64,000 bases of DNA, from contig CAVYLP010000001.1 in NCBI GenBank assembly GCA_963769425.1, forward strand, positions 32,001 to 96,000, given 5' to 3'. Below the pieces are notes generated by a model, which searched no databases, was not told the origin of the DNA, and was given only the letters and a program-made list of their open reading frames with translations. Shown piece after piece: positions 30,031-40,346 of this stretch (position 1 is its first letter; each line of letters starts with the position of its first letter). The position numbers and the translations under genes are program-made. This stretch comes from Candidatus Bathyarchaeota archaeon. Its GTDB lineage: Archaea; Thermoproteota; Bathyarchaeia; TCS64.

Positions 30031-31197
30031 ATGGATGAGCGCACCACGATGCCCATCTGGGCGGAGGTAGACCTCGACGCCCTCGCCCATAATATACGGG
30101 AGGTCAGACGCCTCACATCGGCGAACTCGATGATATTGGCGGCCGTCAAGGCGGATGCGTACGGCCACGGGGCTGTGATATCCTCCAAGGTCTTCCTCGA
30201 TAACGGAGCGGATAGGCTCGGTGTCGCCAGGCTCGGGGAGGCTGTGGAGCTAAGGGACGCAGGTATAGAGGCGCCGATCCTCAACCTAGGCTACACCCCC
30301 GAGGCCCAGTACGGAACTCTAATCGGGAGAGGCATCGCGGCGACCATCTACACATTCCTTCAGGCTCAGGCTCTCGACGATGTCGCGGCAAAGCTCCACA
30401 CTAAGGCCGTCGTTCACGTCAAGATCGATACCGGGATGAATCGCCTGGGGTTCCAGCCTAACGACGAAACCCTAAGGGCGATAGCCAAGATCAACGTACT
30501 TCCCAACGTGGAGCTTGAGGGCATTTACACCCACTTCGCCGTCTCCGACATCGCCGACAAGACGTACACCCGCCGACAGTTCGAGCTATTCAGGTGGGTT
30601 CTGGACGAACTCAGGACGAGGGGCGTCGAGCCCCCCATTAGGCACGTCTCCAACAGCGCCGCTATAATCGACCTCCCCGAGTACGCCCTCGAAATGGTCC
30701 GCCCTGGTATCATGCTCTACGGATACGAGCCAAGCATCGAAGTTGACCTCAGTCGGGTGAGCCTAAAGCCTGCGATGACACTTAAGGCGCGTCTATCAAA
30801 CGTCAAGGTCGTGCCCGAGGGAGCGGGTATAAGCTACGGACTCACCTACACGACGAAGCGCCCGAGCATCATCGGTACCCTCCCCGTCGGCTATGCTGAT
30901 GGTTACAGGAGGGGTCTTTCCAACAGGAGCTGGGTCGATTACGGGGGCGAGAGGGCGCCTATAGTGGGGCGCGTCTGCATGGACCAGTGCATGATAGACT
31001 TGACAGACATTGACATGGCCGAGATTGGCGACGAGGTCACCCTATTCGGGGGCGGGTGCTCGCCGAGCGTCGAGGAGACGGCGAGGATGCTTGACACCAT
31101 ACCGCATGAGGTGACTTGCGCCATAGCCCGCCGCGTTCCACGAGTATATCTTAAATCGGGTAGGGTCACCGAGACACGTGACTACCTAGAGGGATAG
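30031..31197 (+). CDS. alr: Alanine racemase
   Basis: AVKADAYGHG (PLP Lys), KIDTGMNRLG, YTHFA, SNSAA, RPGIMLYG, ISYG, GYADG, GRVCMDQ. Confidence 0.93.
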   Translation: MDERTTMPIWAEVDLDALAHNIREVRRLTSANSMILAAVKADAYGHGAVISSKVFLDNGADRLGVARLGEAVELRDAGIEAPILNLGYTPEAQYGTLIGRGIAATIYTFLQAQALDDVAAKLHTKAVVHVKIDTGMNRLGFQPNDETLRAIAKINVLPNVELEGIYTHFAVSDIADKTYTRRQFELFRWVLDELRTRGVEPPIRHVSNSAAIIDLPEYALEMVRPGIMLYGYEPSIEVDLSRVSLKPAMTLKARLSNVKVVPEGAGISYGLTYTTKRPSIIGTLPVGYADGYRRGLSNRSWVDYGGERAPIVGRVCMDQCMIDLTDIDMAEIGDEVTLFGGGCSPSVEETARMLDTIPHEVTCAIARRVPRVYLKSGRVTETRDYLEG

Positions 31198-31210
31198 AGC
31201 CAATTCGTGT

Positions 31211-31483
31211 TTAACGTCTCTTTTCCCAGCGCCTCTCCTCGACGAAGAGTTCAACACCTACGAAGGGAGCAGGGTCGCTGTGGGGCTTCACGGCGATGTA
31301 CGGCGCCCCGACTGGGCCGAAGAAGTCGAAGACCACTCCAACGCGCTTCCGCTTCGAGTCGTAAACGAAGTCGCCGATACTCGCCTCCTCCTTCGCCCTA
31401 ACTATCATCTGGCCTGTGCTCTTGGAGACGTGCATCACTGTGCCTATGCTGTGTGGTTTCGGGCGTTCCTCTCTGCGGGGCAC
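31211..31483 (-). CDS. gar1: H/ACA RNP protein Gar1
   Basis: IG.VMH, VG.VFDFFGPV.APY..VKP. Confidence 0.85.
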   Translation of the reverse strand: MPRREERPKPHSIGTVMHVSKSTGQMIVRAKEEASIGDFVYDSKRKRVGVVFDFFGPVGAPYIAVKPHSDPAPFVGVELFVEERRWEKRR

Positions 31484-31524
31484 GCGTTAAGCGACGTACG
31501 GGAGACTTATAATCGTTAGGTGGC

Positions 31525-31806
31525 TCAGCCGCCTCGTGGCAGCTTGGAGGCGATGAGCTTGAGAACCTTTTCTTTGGGTTCCTTCGCCTCGACGAGGACG
31601 TATCCGGTCTTGATCCATGGGTAGCGCGGGTGAGCCACCGAGGGCTGGAGCTCTGCCTTGAGCCCGGCGGAGACGGCCGCCTTGACGATGTCCTCGGTCT
31701 TCGGCGCCCTAATCGCCAGAGCCTTTGGTACGCGGCGCCCCTCCCCCCAGGTGACGGCGGAGTCGAAGTAGAGGGGCCAGAGAACAATCATGCCCTTTGA
31801 TCTCAA
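31525..31806 (-). CDS. srp19: Signal recognition particle 19 kDa protein
   Basis: VLWPLYFD...GRRVPK.LA...HPR. Confidence 0.9.
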   Translation of the reverse strand: MRSKGMIVLWPLYFDSAVTWGEGRRVPKALAIRAPKTEDIVKAAVSAGLKAELQPSVAHPRYPWIKTGYVLVEAKEPKEKVLKLIASKLPRGG

Positions 31807-31852
31807 GTGGAGCACACCATAGCCCCCTTGGGGTGGTGTGGGTGAAAAAGGT

Positions 31853-32236
31853 TTACTCCTTGTGGACGACGGCGCTGAGCGCACCGCTCTGCCCGGGGCG
31901 CGAGATTATCCTAGCGAGGCCCTTCTCGGTCCTCACAATCGTGCCCTTTGTGATAACGCCGCGACGATTGTAGTCGGCGTTGGCGGGGTTGCTTATGACG
32001 TCAAGGATCTCCAACTTCTCCGTCTTCCCGCTCTCGGGGTCGGAGACGTTCACCACGTTCGCACGGACGATCTTGACCTTCTCGATGCCCGCGCGTCCGC
32101 TGACCTTCTTGAGCTTTTGCTCACCCTCGATGGTCTCGACGGGGTGCCTACCGACGTCGAATATCCTGTGAGCCCTATAGGGCCTCTTCTTTCCGCCCGT
32201 CGGCTTCCGCTTATTGAGTGTGTCGTTCCAGGGCAT
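31853..32236 (-). CDS. rps8e: 30S ribosomal protein S8e
   Basis: KRKPTGGK, NPAN.DY.RR.VITKG, SRPGQ.G. Confidence 0.95.
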   Translation of the reverse strand: MPWNDTLNKRKPTGGKKRPYRAHRIFDVGRHPVETIEGEQKLKKVSGRAGIEKVKIVRANVVNVSDPESGKTEKLEILDVISNPANADYNRRGVITKGTIVRTEKGLARIISRPGQSGALSAVVHKE

Positions 32237-32387
32237 AACTTGCTCCTCCTATAGAGCGAGTTGCTATAGCCGTAGAAGAGGACGGGGTATAAAAAAGGTG
32301 TGGTTTTCACCTACTCCGCGCGCCGTTTTTGCCGCCTTTTTGGATAGATATATCTCTCAACGCTCCACATATGGCTGGGATCAGGGT

Positions 32388-33414
32388 TTGGCCGGAGACG
32401 AGTACGTGAAGCTCTCCCACGGCGCGGGGGGGACGGCGATGGATGCTCTCATCAAGGAGTTGTTCCTCGGGGGGTTCACTAGGAGACAGGCCCTCGACGG
32501 CGTCGGCCTCGACGCCCTCGACGACGGGGCATCCATCAAGGTAGGGGACAAGGAGGTCGTACTCACGATGGACGGCCACACCGTCGACCCCCTATTCTTC
32601 CCCGGTGGCGATCTGGGTAAGCTCGCCGTCTGCGGAGCCGTGAACGACACGGTGGTCATGGGCGCCGATCCGGTCGCGATACTAGACTCTATAATCGTCG
32701 AGGAGGGCTTCCCTATAGCAGATCTAAAGAGGCTCGTCGCCTCGATGAATGGGGCCGCCGAGGAGGCGGGGGTCGCGATAATCAGCGGCGACTTCAAGGT
32801 GATGCCCGCGGGTTCCCTAGACGGCATCGTCATATCCACCGCGGGCGTCGGGGTGCTACGCGGCCCGAGGGTGCTCGACAGCCTCGCCAAGCCGGGCGAC
32901 AAGGTCATAGTCACAGGCACAGTCGGTGATCACGGCATCGCCCTCATGAGCGTCCGCGAGGGACTCAGTTTCAAGACGGAGCTTGTCTCAGACGTTTCCC
33001 CGATCGTCGAGACCATACAAGCTGCCCTAGAGGTAGGTGGAGTCCACGCCATGAAGGACGCCACGAGGGGCGGCCTGACATCCGCACTGAACGAGTTCGC
33101 CGAGAAGTCCCACGTAAGCATCTGGCTCGAGGATGGGAAGGTCCCTGTAAAGAAGGCGGTGCGCTCCGCATCTGATATGCTCGGCCTCGACCCCTACGAG
33201 GTCACATGCGAGGGTAAGGCCAGTAATCTGTGTAGCCTCAGAGAGGGCGGACGCGGCTTTGGCGGCTATCAAAGCCACGAAGTATGGTATCGATGCTGAA
33301 ATAATCGGGGAGGTTCGGGCGGATCATCCCGGGATGGTCTTAATGAAGACACTCGTCGGCGGCACGAGGATACTGAGGAAGCCGATAGGTGAGCCTATCC
33401 CCCGCGTCTGCTAG
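32388..33414 (+). CDS. hypE: Hydrogenase maturation protein HypE (frameshift near 33220)
   Basis: LSHGAGG, VDPLFFPGGDLGKLAVCG, GDFKV, MKDATRGG, CEG; shifted frame ends GEPIPRVC* (conserved terminal Cys). Confidence 0.9.
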
Positions 33415-33965
33415 TCCCTGGCTAAAAGCTCGGGGTGTAGACTGCTGAAGAGCTGTATTATCTGAAGTCTGCTCTTCTCGGGGTCTTGGCTGAGGTCGAA
33501 GTAATCTGCGAAGAAGGGCGTGGTCTTTATGATTACCCCCTTCTCAGTCTTTTCCCTGCTTATCAGCGCCATGTCCTCGAGGAGCCTGAGTTGGGTGTAG
33601 ATGTGGACGCCGCGGTAGTCGAGGACCTGCGCCTGTTCAATCGGTTGGTTGTAGGCGATGTAGCCGAGGGTCTTGAGGGGGCCGACGGTTAGTAGCGGCC
33701 TGTTCGTGAACTGGCGCACCATCTTACCATACTCGGGACTGAGCTGCATGACTGCCCTGTTCCCCGGCAGCTTCTTGATCTCTAGTGCCCCGCCGCGGGC
33801 CCTGAGCTTACTAGCTAGCTCCTCGACGTAGCGTAGTACGATCTTCTCAGACCTGCTTCCTAAAGCCTGCATGAGCTCCTCTAGGTCCAGCGGGTGCCCC
33901 GCGGAGTAGAGTGCGGCCTCAAGCTCCGTGAGCTTGACTTGTCTTTTATCCGATATGGTCATCAA
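33411..33965 (-). CDS. scpB: SMC-Scp complex subunit ScpB
   Basis: LEAALY...LKTL.YIAYNQPI...TTPFFADYF. Confidence 0.9.
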   Translation of the reverse strand: MMTISDKRQVKLTELEAALYSAGHPLDLEELMQALGSRSEKIVLRYVEELASKLRARGGALEIKKLPGNRAVMQLSPEYGKMVRQFTNRPLLTVGPLKTLGYIAYNQPIEQAQVLDYRGVHIYTQLRLLEDMALISREKTEKGVIIKTTPFFADYFDLSQDPEKSRLQIIQLFSSLHPELLARD

Positions 33966-34624
33966 AGATTCTTCGCCCTCACCCTGATAGTAACATCCGT
34001 CTCCTCCTCATCCTGATCGAGGTCGATCTCCATTCTCTGGGCGAGGAAGAGGAGCATCATGAAGAGCCTGACAGCGTCGAGCCAGCCGAGTCCCTGAATC
34101 ATCTTGCTGAGTCTCAGTTCCGAGTCCGCTGTCACCCTCATCTTTTCGAGGAGCTCGTCGCTGCGCGCCTCCACCTCGAGGAGATACTGCTCGAAATCGA
34201 GGAAGTTGGGGATAGGTATCGGAAGAGTCGGCAACCGGGGTACCTCACCGCGGCCGCTCTCCTCCTGTAGCGCGCGCTCGAGGGCGTTTATCAGGTCTTG
34301 CACTGACGTTGTCGTGAACTCGAACCGAAACGGGAGCGGCACAGGGGGTGGAAGGTAGACATCGCCCCGCTCCTCCGGTGGAGCGGGGGGTTCCTCCATC
34401 GCGAGTAGGAGCTCCGCCTTCTTTAGGTAAATGTATACTGAACTATTCACGGCTGTGCCCGCTATCCTGTAGTCGATACCGACGCGCTCCATCTCTACAA
34501 GTAGGCTTGTTAGTAGCTCGACTAAGTTGATGTCCCAAGGGCTCACTTTCTCCAGCTTGTTCTCTCTGAAGAGGATGTCCCAGGGCTGACGGAGATAGTA
34601 AGGCTTCTCCTTCCTCTCGGTCAA
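33962..34624 (-). CDS. scpA: Kleisin ScpA
   Basis: PWDINL, F..LLFLA...IDLDQ; between smc and scpB. Confidence 0.88.
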   Translation of the reverse strand: MTERKEKPYYLRQPWDILFRENKLEKVSPWDINLVELLTSLLVEMERVGIDYRIAGTAVNSSVYIYLKKAELLLAMEEPPAPPEERGDVYLPPPVPLPFRFEFTTTSVQDLINALERALQEESGRGEVPRLPTLPIPIPNFLDFEQYLLEVEARSDELLEKMRVTADSELRLSKMIQGLGWLDAVRLFMMLLFLAQRMEIDLDQDEEETDVTIRVRAKNL

Positions 34625-37600
34625 GGCGTCGTCTCCTCTACCTTTTGGGGCCCCTTCATGGGGAGAGCAAGCACACGACTGCGCCCGCCCTGAGCGAAGA
34701 CGCCGTATATCCTGTCAGCTTTGTGGACCATAATGTCCTTGAGGCTGACCATGAGGAACTGGGCCTCGATGCTGTTATCTTTCAGGACCTCGGCAAGCCT
34801 GCTCGTGTTATGGTCGTCGAGGTGTGCATCTATCTCGTCGAAGAGGTAGAATGGCGCCTTGAGGAACTTTTGTATGGCGAGGAGGTAGGCGATCGCGGCG
34901 ACAGACCTTTCACCGCCCGAGGCGCCGCTCCCCAGCCTCATCGGCTTGCCGGGGAACTGGAGGTATAGGTCGACGCCTCCGCTGAATGGGTCCTCAGGTT
35001 TCTGGAGTTCAAGTCTTCCGTCACCGCCGCCTGTGACGCGGCTGAAGAGGTGGCTGAAGTTCTCACAGACCTCGTTGAAGGCGGCCATGAAGTGCTCGGT
35101 CTTGTCCTTCTCGACTTGCTCGATGAACTTGAGGATTCCTGCCTTCTCTTCCTCGAGCTCGTTGATCCTGGTGCTCTGGCTCTTGTAGTTGTTCATATAC
35201 TCGTCGTAGTGGTCGAGGGCGAGCTGGTTGACGGCGCCGAGGCTGTTCTTCTCTTGGCGGACGAGTTGGAGGCGACCATCGACGCGCTCAAACTCCACGC
35301 CGGTTATGTCGACCTTATCCTCGTAGCCGTTGGTGGCCAGCTCGTCGAGGCGTTGCTCGCTCTGTAACTTGAGGCGCTCGATGTCGAGGCTGAGCTGATT
35401 CATTCTCTTGTCCTCGGCCTCGCGGCGCCTCTCGAGGTCCTCCATTCTCTGGTTGACCATACGGAGTGTCTTCTGGTGCTGGTCGAGGACCTTGCTAGTT
35501 GCCTCCACCTCGGTGGATACGGCGTCGAGGTCCCGCCCGACGGACTCTATCTCCCTGTTGACCTCGATTAAACGCTGGTTTGAACGAATCTGTTCGTCTT
35601 CGAGAGCCTTTATCTCTTCTAGCATCCTGTGTCTCTGTTCTGAAGCATCTGAGAGGCGGAGGGTCAGGATGCGCTCGATGTAGCTCTTCTGTACGGCGAT
35701 CTCGTTCTGGACCTTGTTCAGCTGTTCCTGCTGGTCGGAGATGAACTTTGAGAGTGAGGCGTTCTTGATCTCGAGGTCCGTGACATCGCTAGGCTTGAAC
35801 TCCTTGAGGTGGGCGATCTCAGTCTTTGTGCCCTCGATCTGCTGTAGTATGCGCTGCTTCCTCTCATCGAGGGCTGTGATGAGTACTTGCTCGCGCTCCG
35901 CCTCGGCCCTGAACTTTGCTAACGTCTCGTCGGCCTGAGTGAGGGTCTTCTGTAAGCGCTCTATTCTCTCGTTCGTGTCGGCGACCTCGACGTCGATATT
36001 CGCCATCGTCTTCTTGGAGCCGTCCATAAACGAGTTAATACCGCGGAGGCTTCCGCCACTCGACTTCAGCTCAGTCATGCGGGTCTTGAGTCTCTGGCGG
36101 AGATCCTTGATCGTCTTGGATAGGCTGTCTATCGACTCCTCTGTGGGTACGAGTTTGGAGTAGTCGGGGGGTCTTCTGTAGAATCCACCTTTGATGCCAC
36201 CACCCGGCTCATAGACATCGCCTGTGACGGTCACGGCTCTATGGCCAATGGCTATGACTTTGAGCGCCGCGGAGTCATCTTCGACGAGGTACGTGTCACC
36301 CCAGATTAGGTGAACAACTGGGCTGTAGGTCTCGTCGCAGCGGATGAGTTTGCTTAGAGCGCCGACTACGCCTTCCTCATTGATATCAGGAATGGGCTCG
36401 GGTTTTCCAAGCTGGGCGAGGGGGATGAATTTAGTCATCCCGAGCTTCGTCTTCTTAAGTCTGTCTACGCACTCGAGAGCAGTTGTAACGTCATCGACGA
36501 CAACTGCATTTATCCAACCCTCAGCTGCAGAGTAGACGGCGCGTTGGTTTGGTAAGTCTACTTTTATCAGGCTTCGGAGTGGGCCGTGGTAGCCTGTGAG
36601 GGCTCCAGCTTCTCCGATCTCTCTGATCCGCTCTAAGGCTCTCTCCTCGACAACTATGTGATGCCAGAGGTCGCGCTTCGCGGAGAACTCGGTGATAGTG
36701 GACTCGGCCTTCTTAGCGAGGTCGTTAGCGCTCTCGATTGTGTTCCTGAGGTCACGCTGACGTTTTATCTGGTCCTCGATGTTGCTGAGCATTTCCTCGA
36801 GGCGACCCGCCTCCTGGGATTTTAAGGAGGCGTACTCGGAGAGCTTCGCCTGTAGGCTCTCAACTGTCTTGCCATACTCGAGTTTCCGGCCTTCAATGTC
36901 GTTTATTTTATCACTGGATGTGCTAATGCTCGTCTTGTGGCCGTTGATCTCGATCTCTATGCCGCTGAGGCTCTCCTGCATAGGAACTAGGCTTTCAGTA
37001 AGCTCCTCGTTCCTCCTCTGGTTTTCCCCAGCGGATTCGCGGTTACTATTGATGGTCTGCGAGTAGCCCTCAAGTTCCCGTCTATTAGTCTCAAGTTGCC
37101 CGATGAGTTGCGTCTCGGAGATCTGTAGTGATTCCAGGGACTTTCTCCGTTCGGCTATTTCCTCCTCGGTGGCCTTGGCTTCTCGTTCCTTTTCGGCTAT
37201 GAGGTTGTTTAGTTGGCCTTGGCGTTTCTCAATTTCCCTGAGGCGGTTGCTGAGGCCGGTGCATAGGGTCTGTCTACTGACGAGATCGGATTTGAGCATG
37301 GGTAGCCGGGTATTGCCGCGCTCGGCTGCTTCTCGGTTGAACTCCTCTATCCTGTTGCGGGCGGATTCTCTTTCTTCTCTGAGCTGGATTTTTTCCTGTT
37401 CTAGTTTCGCCGCCTCAGCTTCGCGCTCCTTCATCTGCTCCATGAGGACGCTTAGCTTTTCTTCAAGCTGGTTGATCTGGAAGCTGAGCTTCACGGCTGT
37501 GAGGCGCTTCTCCTCTCGGGAGAGGTGGTTGAATCTTAGGGCGTCGTTCCTCTGGCGCTCTAGTTCTGTGACTCTTTTCCTAACCTCGTCGATTCGGGCG

Positions 37601-38184
37601 GCGGAGATCTCTATCTTTCGCTCCGCCTCAGTGAGGCGTCCTTTTGCTTCAGCTTTCTTCTCGTCATATTCTTTGATGCCGATTAGGTCCTCAAGGGCGT
37701 CCATGCGCTCGCTTGGAGTCAAGTCACTTAGTCGAGTCGCCGTGCCTTGGAGGACTATGTTATAGCCGCCAGGGGTTATACCAGCTAGGTGAAGGAGGTC
37801 GAGCACGACCTTTCGGCTTGTGCGCTTCCCGTTGAGGTAGTAGTCGCTCTTACCTTCTCTGTCGACTTTTCTTCCTATGCTGACCTGGCTTCTATCGGAG
37901 GCGAGTCCGCGGTCGTTGTTATCGAAGTAGATTGTAACCTGAGAGATCTGAGGCTTGTTCTGGTCCTCCTCGCCGGCACCATCGTAGATAAGGCCGGAAA
38001 AGTCGGGGACCCTCATTCTCTTGGACGCTAGCTCACCGAGGACGAACTGGACCGCGTCGATTATATTGCTCTTCCCGCTTCCGTTGGGACCTGTAATAAC
38101 GTTGAACCCGGGTTGAAAATTCAGCTTGATCTGGCCGCCAAACGACTTGAAGTTCTTGACCAGTATCTTGCTTATGTATACCGT
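34621..38184 (-). CDS. smc: Chromosome segregation protein SMC
   Basis: Frame extends upstream to VYISKILVKNFKSF...GPNGSGKSN; hinge, SGGE, FDEIDAHLD; the first codon reads ACG. Confidence 0.93.
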   Translation of the reverse strand, partial: TVYISKILVKNFKSFGGQIKLNFQPGFNVITGPNGSGKSNIIDAVQFVLGELASKRMRVPDFSGLIYDGAGEEDQNKPQISQVTIYFDNNDRGLASDRSQVSIGRKVDREGKSDYYLNGKRTSRKVVLDLLHLAGITPGGYNIVLQGTATRLSDLTPSERMDALEDLIGIKEYDEKKAEAKGRLTEAERKIEISAARIDEVRKRVTELERQRNDALRFNHLSREEKRLTAVKLSFQINQLEEKLSVLMEQMKEREAEAAKLEQEKIQLREERESARNRIEEFNREAAERGNTRLPMLKSDLVSRQTLCTGLSNRLREIEKRQGQLNNLIAEKEREAKATEEEIAERRKSLESLQISETQLIGQLETNRRELEGYSQTINSNRESAGENQRRNEELTESLVPMQESLSGIEIEINGHKTSISTSSDKINDIEGRKLEYGKTVESLQAKLSEYASLKSQEAGRLEEMLSNIEDQIKRQRDLRNTIESANDLAKKAESTITEFSAKRDLWHHIVVEERALERIREIGEAGALTGYHGPLRSLIKVDLPNQRAVYSAAEGWINAVVVDDVTTALECVDRLKKTKLGMTKFIPLAQLGKPEPIPDINEEGVVGALSKLIRCDETYSPVVHLIWGDTYLVEDDSAALKVIAIGHRAVTVTGDVYEPGGGIKGGFYRRPPDYSKLVPTEESIDSLSKTIKDLRQRLKTRMTELKSSGGSLRGINSFMDGSKKTMANIDVEVADTNERIERLQKTLTQADETLAKFRAEAEREQVLITALDERKQRILQQIEGTKTEIAHLKEFKPSDVTDLEIKNASLSKFISDQQEQLNKVQNEIAVQKSYIERILTLRLSDASEQRHRMLEEIKALEDEQIRSNQRLIEVNREIESVGRDLDAVSTEVEATSKVLDQHQKTLRMVNQRMEDLERRREAEDKRMNQLSLDIERLKLQSEQRLDELATNGYEDKVDITGVEFERVDGRLQLVRQEKNSLGAVNQLALDHYDEYMNNYKSQSTRINELEEEKAGILKFIEQVEKDKTEHFMAAFNEVCENFSHLFSRVTGGGDGRLELQKPEDPFSGGVDLYLQFPGKPMRLGSGASGGERSVAAIAYLLAIQKFLKAPFYLFDEIDAHLDDHNTSRLAEVLKDNSIEAQFLMVSLKDIMVHKADRIYGVFAQGGRSRVLALPMKGPQKVEETTP

Positions 38185-38434
38185 GTTCCGTCCCCCTTAC
38201 TCAGCGGGCTGTCCGCTAATCTGATACGCAACTATGTTCGGGCGATCACTTGAATTGCCATATTCCTGTGAATATTCAAGTCTGTTGTTCGGGAATGGCT
38301 TGTTCGTGGCTGTATTATTACGTATTATTCCAGGATTATGGTTGATGCTCATCGACTCCGAATGGGTTGCTCTCATCAGTTGAGAACATCATATCCCCAT
38401 TCCTTTTTTAAACCTTCCCCACCAGAAATAACCT

Positions 38435-39506
38435 ATGACAAACAGAATCAACAAACTCGAAGATAAAATTGCCGAGAGAGGACTCGGCGCCTACATAATT
38501 GCGAAACCACAGAACATCCGATATTATACAGGCAGCATAGGAGGGAGCTTTCTCATCATTTCACCTAACTCGGATCCCCTCCTTCTCGTGACTGTGCTCG
38601 ATGAGAATGTTACAAGGGATCAAGCAAGGGATTGTAATGTTAAGACCTACTCTGTAGCTGGGCTCCTGAATCTACTTGCAGACGAGCTTCGAATGGTACA
38701 CTGCAGTTCAGCTGGATTCGACGATCTACCGTTAACTCTTATTGACAGAATCCGGAAAAGGATTCCCGAGATCAGATTCGAGCAGAATCAAGATGTAGTT
38801 TGGGACCAGAGAAGTGTGAAAGATGCTGTTGAAGTGAAGTTGATGAGTGAGGCGGGGAAGCTCGCAGACATCGCGATGGAGGCGCTGTGGGAGAAGCTGA
38901 AGGTAGGTGTCACCGAGCATCAGCTCGCCGCGGAGGCATCCTATGCGATGATTCGCGAGGGGGCAGAAGCCCATGCCTTTGAGTTCACAGTTGGCTCTGG
39001 ACCCAGGTCGGCCTACCCCCACGCATCGAGCACGGGGAGAAAGATCGAGAAGGGCGACCTAATAGTTGTCGACATCGGCGCATCTTACCAAGGTTACTGC
39101 TCCGACATAACTAGGACCTTCATCGCCGGGAAGCCCGATGCAAAGAGGAAGGAGCTTTACGAGACGGTGCTACGATCCCACGATGAAACGTATACTGCGA
39201 TGAAGCCCGGAGCCAGTTGCATGGATGTAGATGCAGTCTCTAGGAAGATCATCGAGGACGCTGGATACGGTCAATATTACACCCACTCTTTAGGCCATGG
39301 CGTCGGTCTCGAGATACACGAACCACCGTCCGTGAGCCAGAGGAGCAACGAGATACTATGTAAGTGGCAACGTCGTCTCCGACGAGCCCGGCATCTACAT
39401 CCATGGCTTCGGTGGTGTAAGGATCGAGGACACCGTGCTCATAACAGGGGGTGGCTCAAGGAGGCTCACGAATTTCCCCCGGGACATCGACAAGGCAACG
39501 TTTTAG
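38435..39506 (+). CDS. pepQ: Xaa-Pro peptidase (M24B); frameshift near 39358
   Basis: DIGA...GYCSDITRT, HSLGHGVGLEIHE; shifted frame gives SDEPGIY...GVRIED. Confidence 0.87.
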
Positions 39507-40289
39507 CTACTTACCATACCGCCTGTTCCGGAGCTGGTAGTTTCTGATTACCCTTTGGAGATCTATCTCCCTGAACTCCGGCCAGTAGACGTCGACGATG
39601 AATAGCTCACTGTATGCAGCTTGCCAGAGCAGGAAGTTACTTAGTCGTGACTCGTTTCCGGTCCTGATTATCAGGTCGGGTTCCTGCTGTGGGAGGTGTT
39701 TCGTGTAGAGGTGTTCCTCGATCAGGTCCTCGTTTATATCCTCGGGCTCGATCTTACCCTGTTTAACCAGTTTAGCGAGTTCCCGTGTTGCGTCAACTAT
39801 CTCAGCCCTTCCACCGTAGGCGAGTGCTATGTTGAGGTAGAACTTGTCGAATGTCTTCGTCTGCTCCTCGACGTCCGCTATGAGGCTCTGTAGGTTTTCG
39901 GGAAGGAGGTTCCTGCGTCCTATCGCCATGACACGTACCTTTTGCCTTTTTATGACGTCGGAGGCGAGGACGTCCCGGAGCGCCTTCTCGTAGACCTTCA
40001 TTAGTTCGGCGACCTCCTTTTCGTTTCGTTTGAAGTTCTCCGTGGAGAAAGCGTAGAGGGTGAGAGTGGTTATGTTTAGGTTAAGGCACCACTCAAGGAA
40101 CTCTTTGACGCGCTCCCCACCAGCCCAATGACCTTGCCAGGGATCCATGTTCTGTTCCTTGGCCCAGCGCCTGTTCCCGTCGAGAACTATGCCAATGTGG
40201 CGAGGCATCTCGCTGCTCTTCACCTGGCTCTTCAGCCAACGCCCGTAGATCTTGTAGACGCCGAGCGCGGTGAGGAGGTCCTTAAGCAT
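39507..40289 (-). CDS. uppS: cis-prenyltransferase (polyprenyl diphosphate synthase)
   Basis: HIGIVLDGNRRWA, YAFSTENFKR, YGGR.EI, IRTG.E.RLSNFLLWQ. Confidence 0.95.
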   Translation of the reverse strand: MLKDLLTALGVYKIYGRWLKSQVKSSEMPRHIGIVLDGNRRWAKEQNMDPWQGHWAGGERVKEFLEWCLNLNITTLTLYAFSTENFKRNEKEVAELMKVYEKALRDVLASDVIKRQKVRVMAIGRRNLLPENLQSLIADVEEQTKTFDKFYLNIALAYGGRAEIVDATRELAKLVKQGKIEPEDINEDLIEEHLYTKHLPQQEPDLIIRTGNESRLSNFLLWQAAYSELFIVDVYWPEFREIDLQRVIRNYQLRNRRYGK

Positions 40290-40346
40290 CGCTCTTCAAG
40301 GTAGGGGCGTGAGTTCACCGATAAAACCTTGACTAAAAACTTCCGA

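Noticed and set aside
33411-38184. smc-scpA-scpB as a Wadjet-like defence system
   Set aside because: Canonical hinge-containing SMC among housekeeping genes, with no JetD nuclease.
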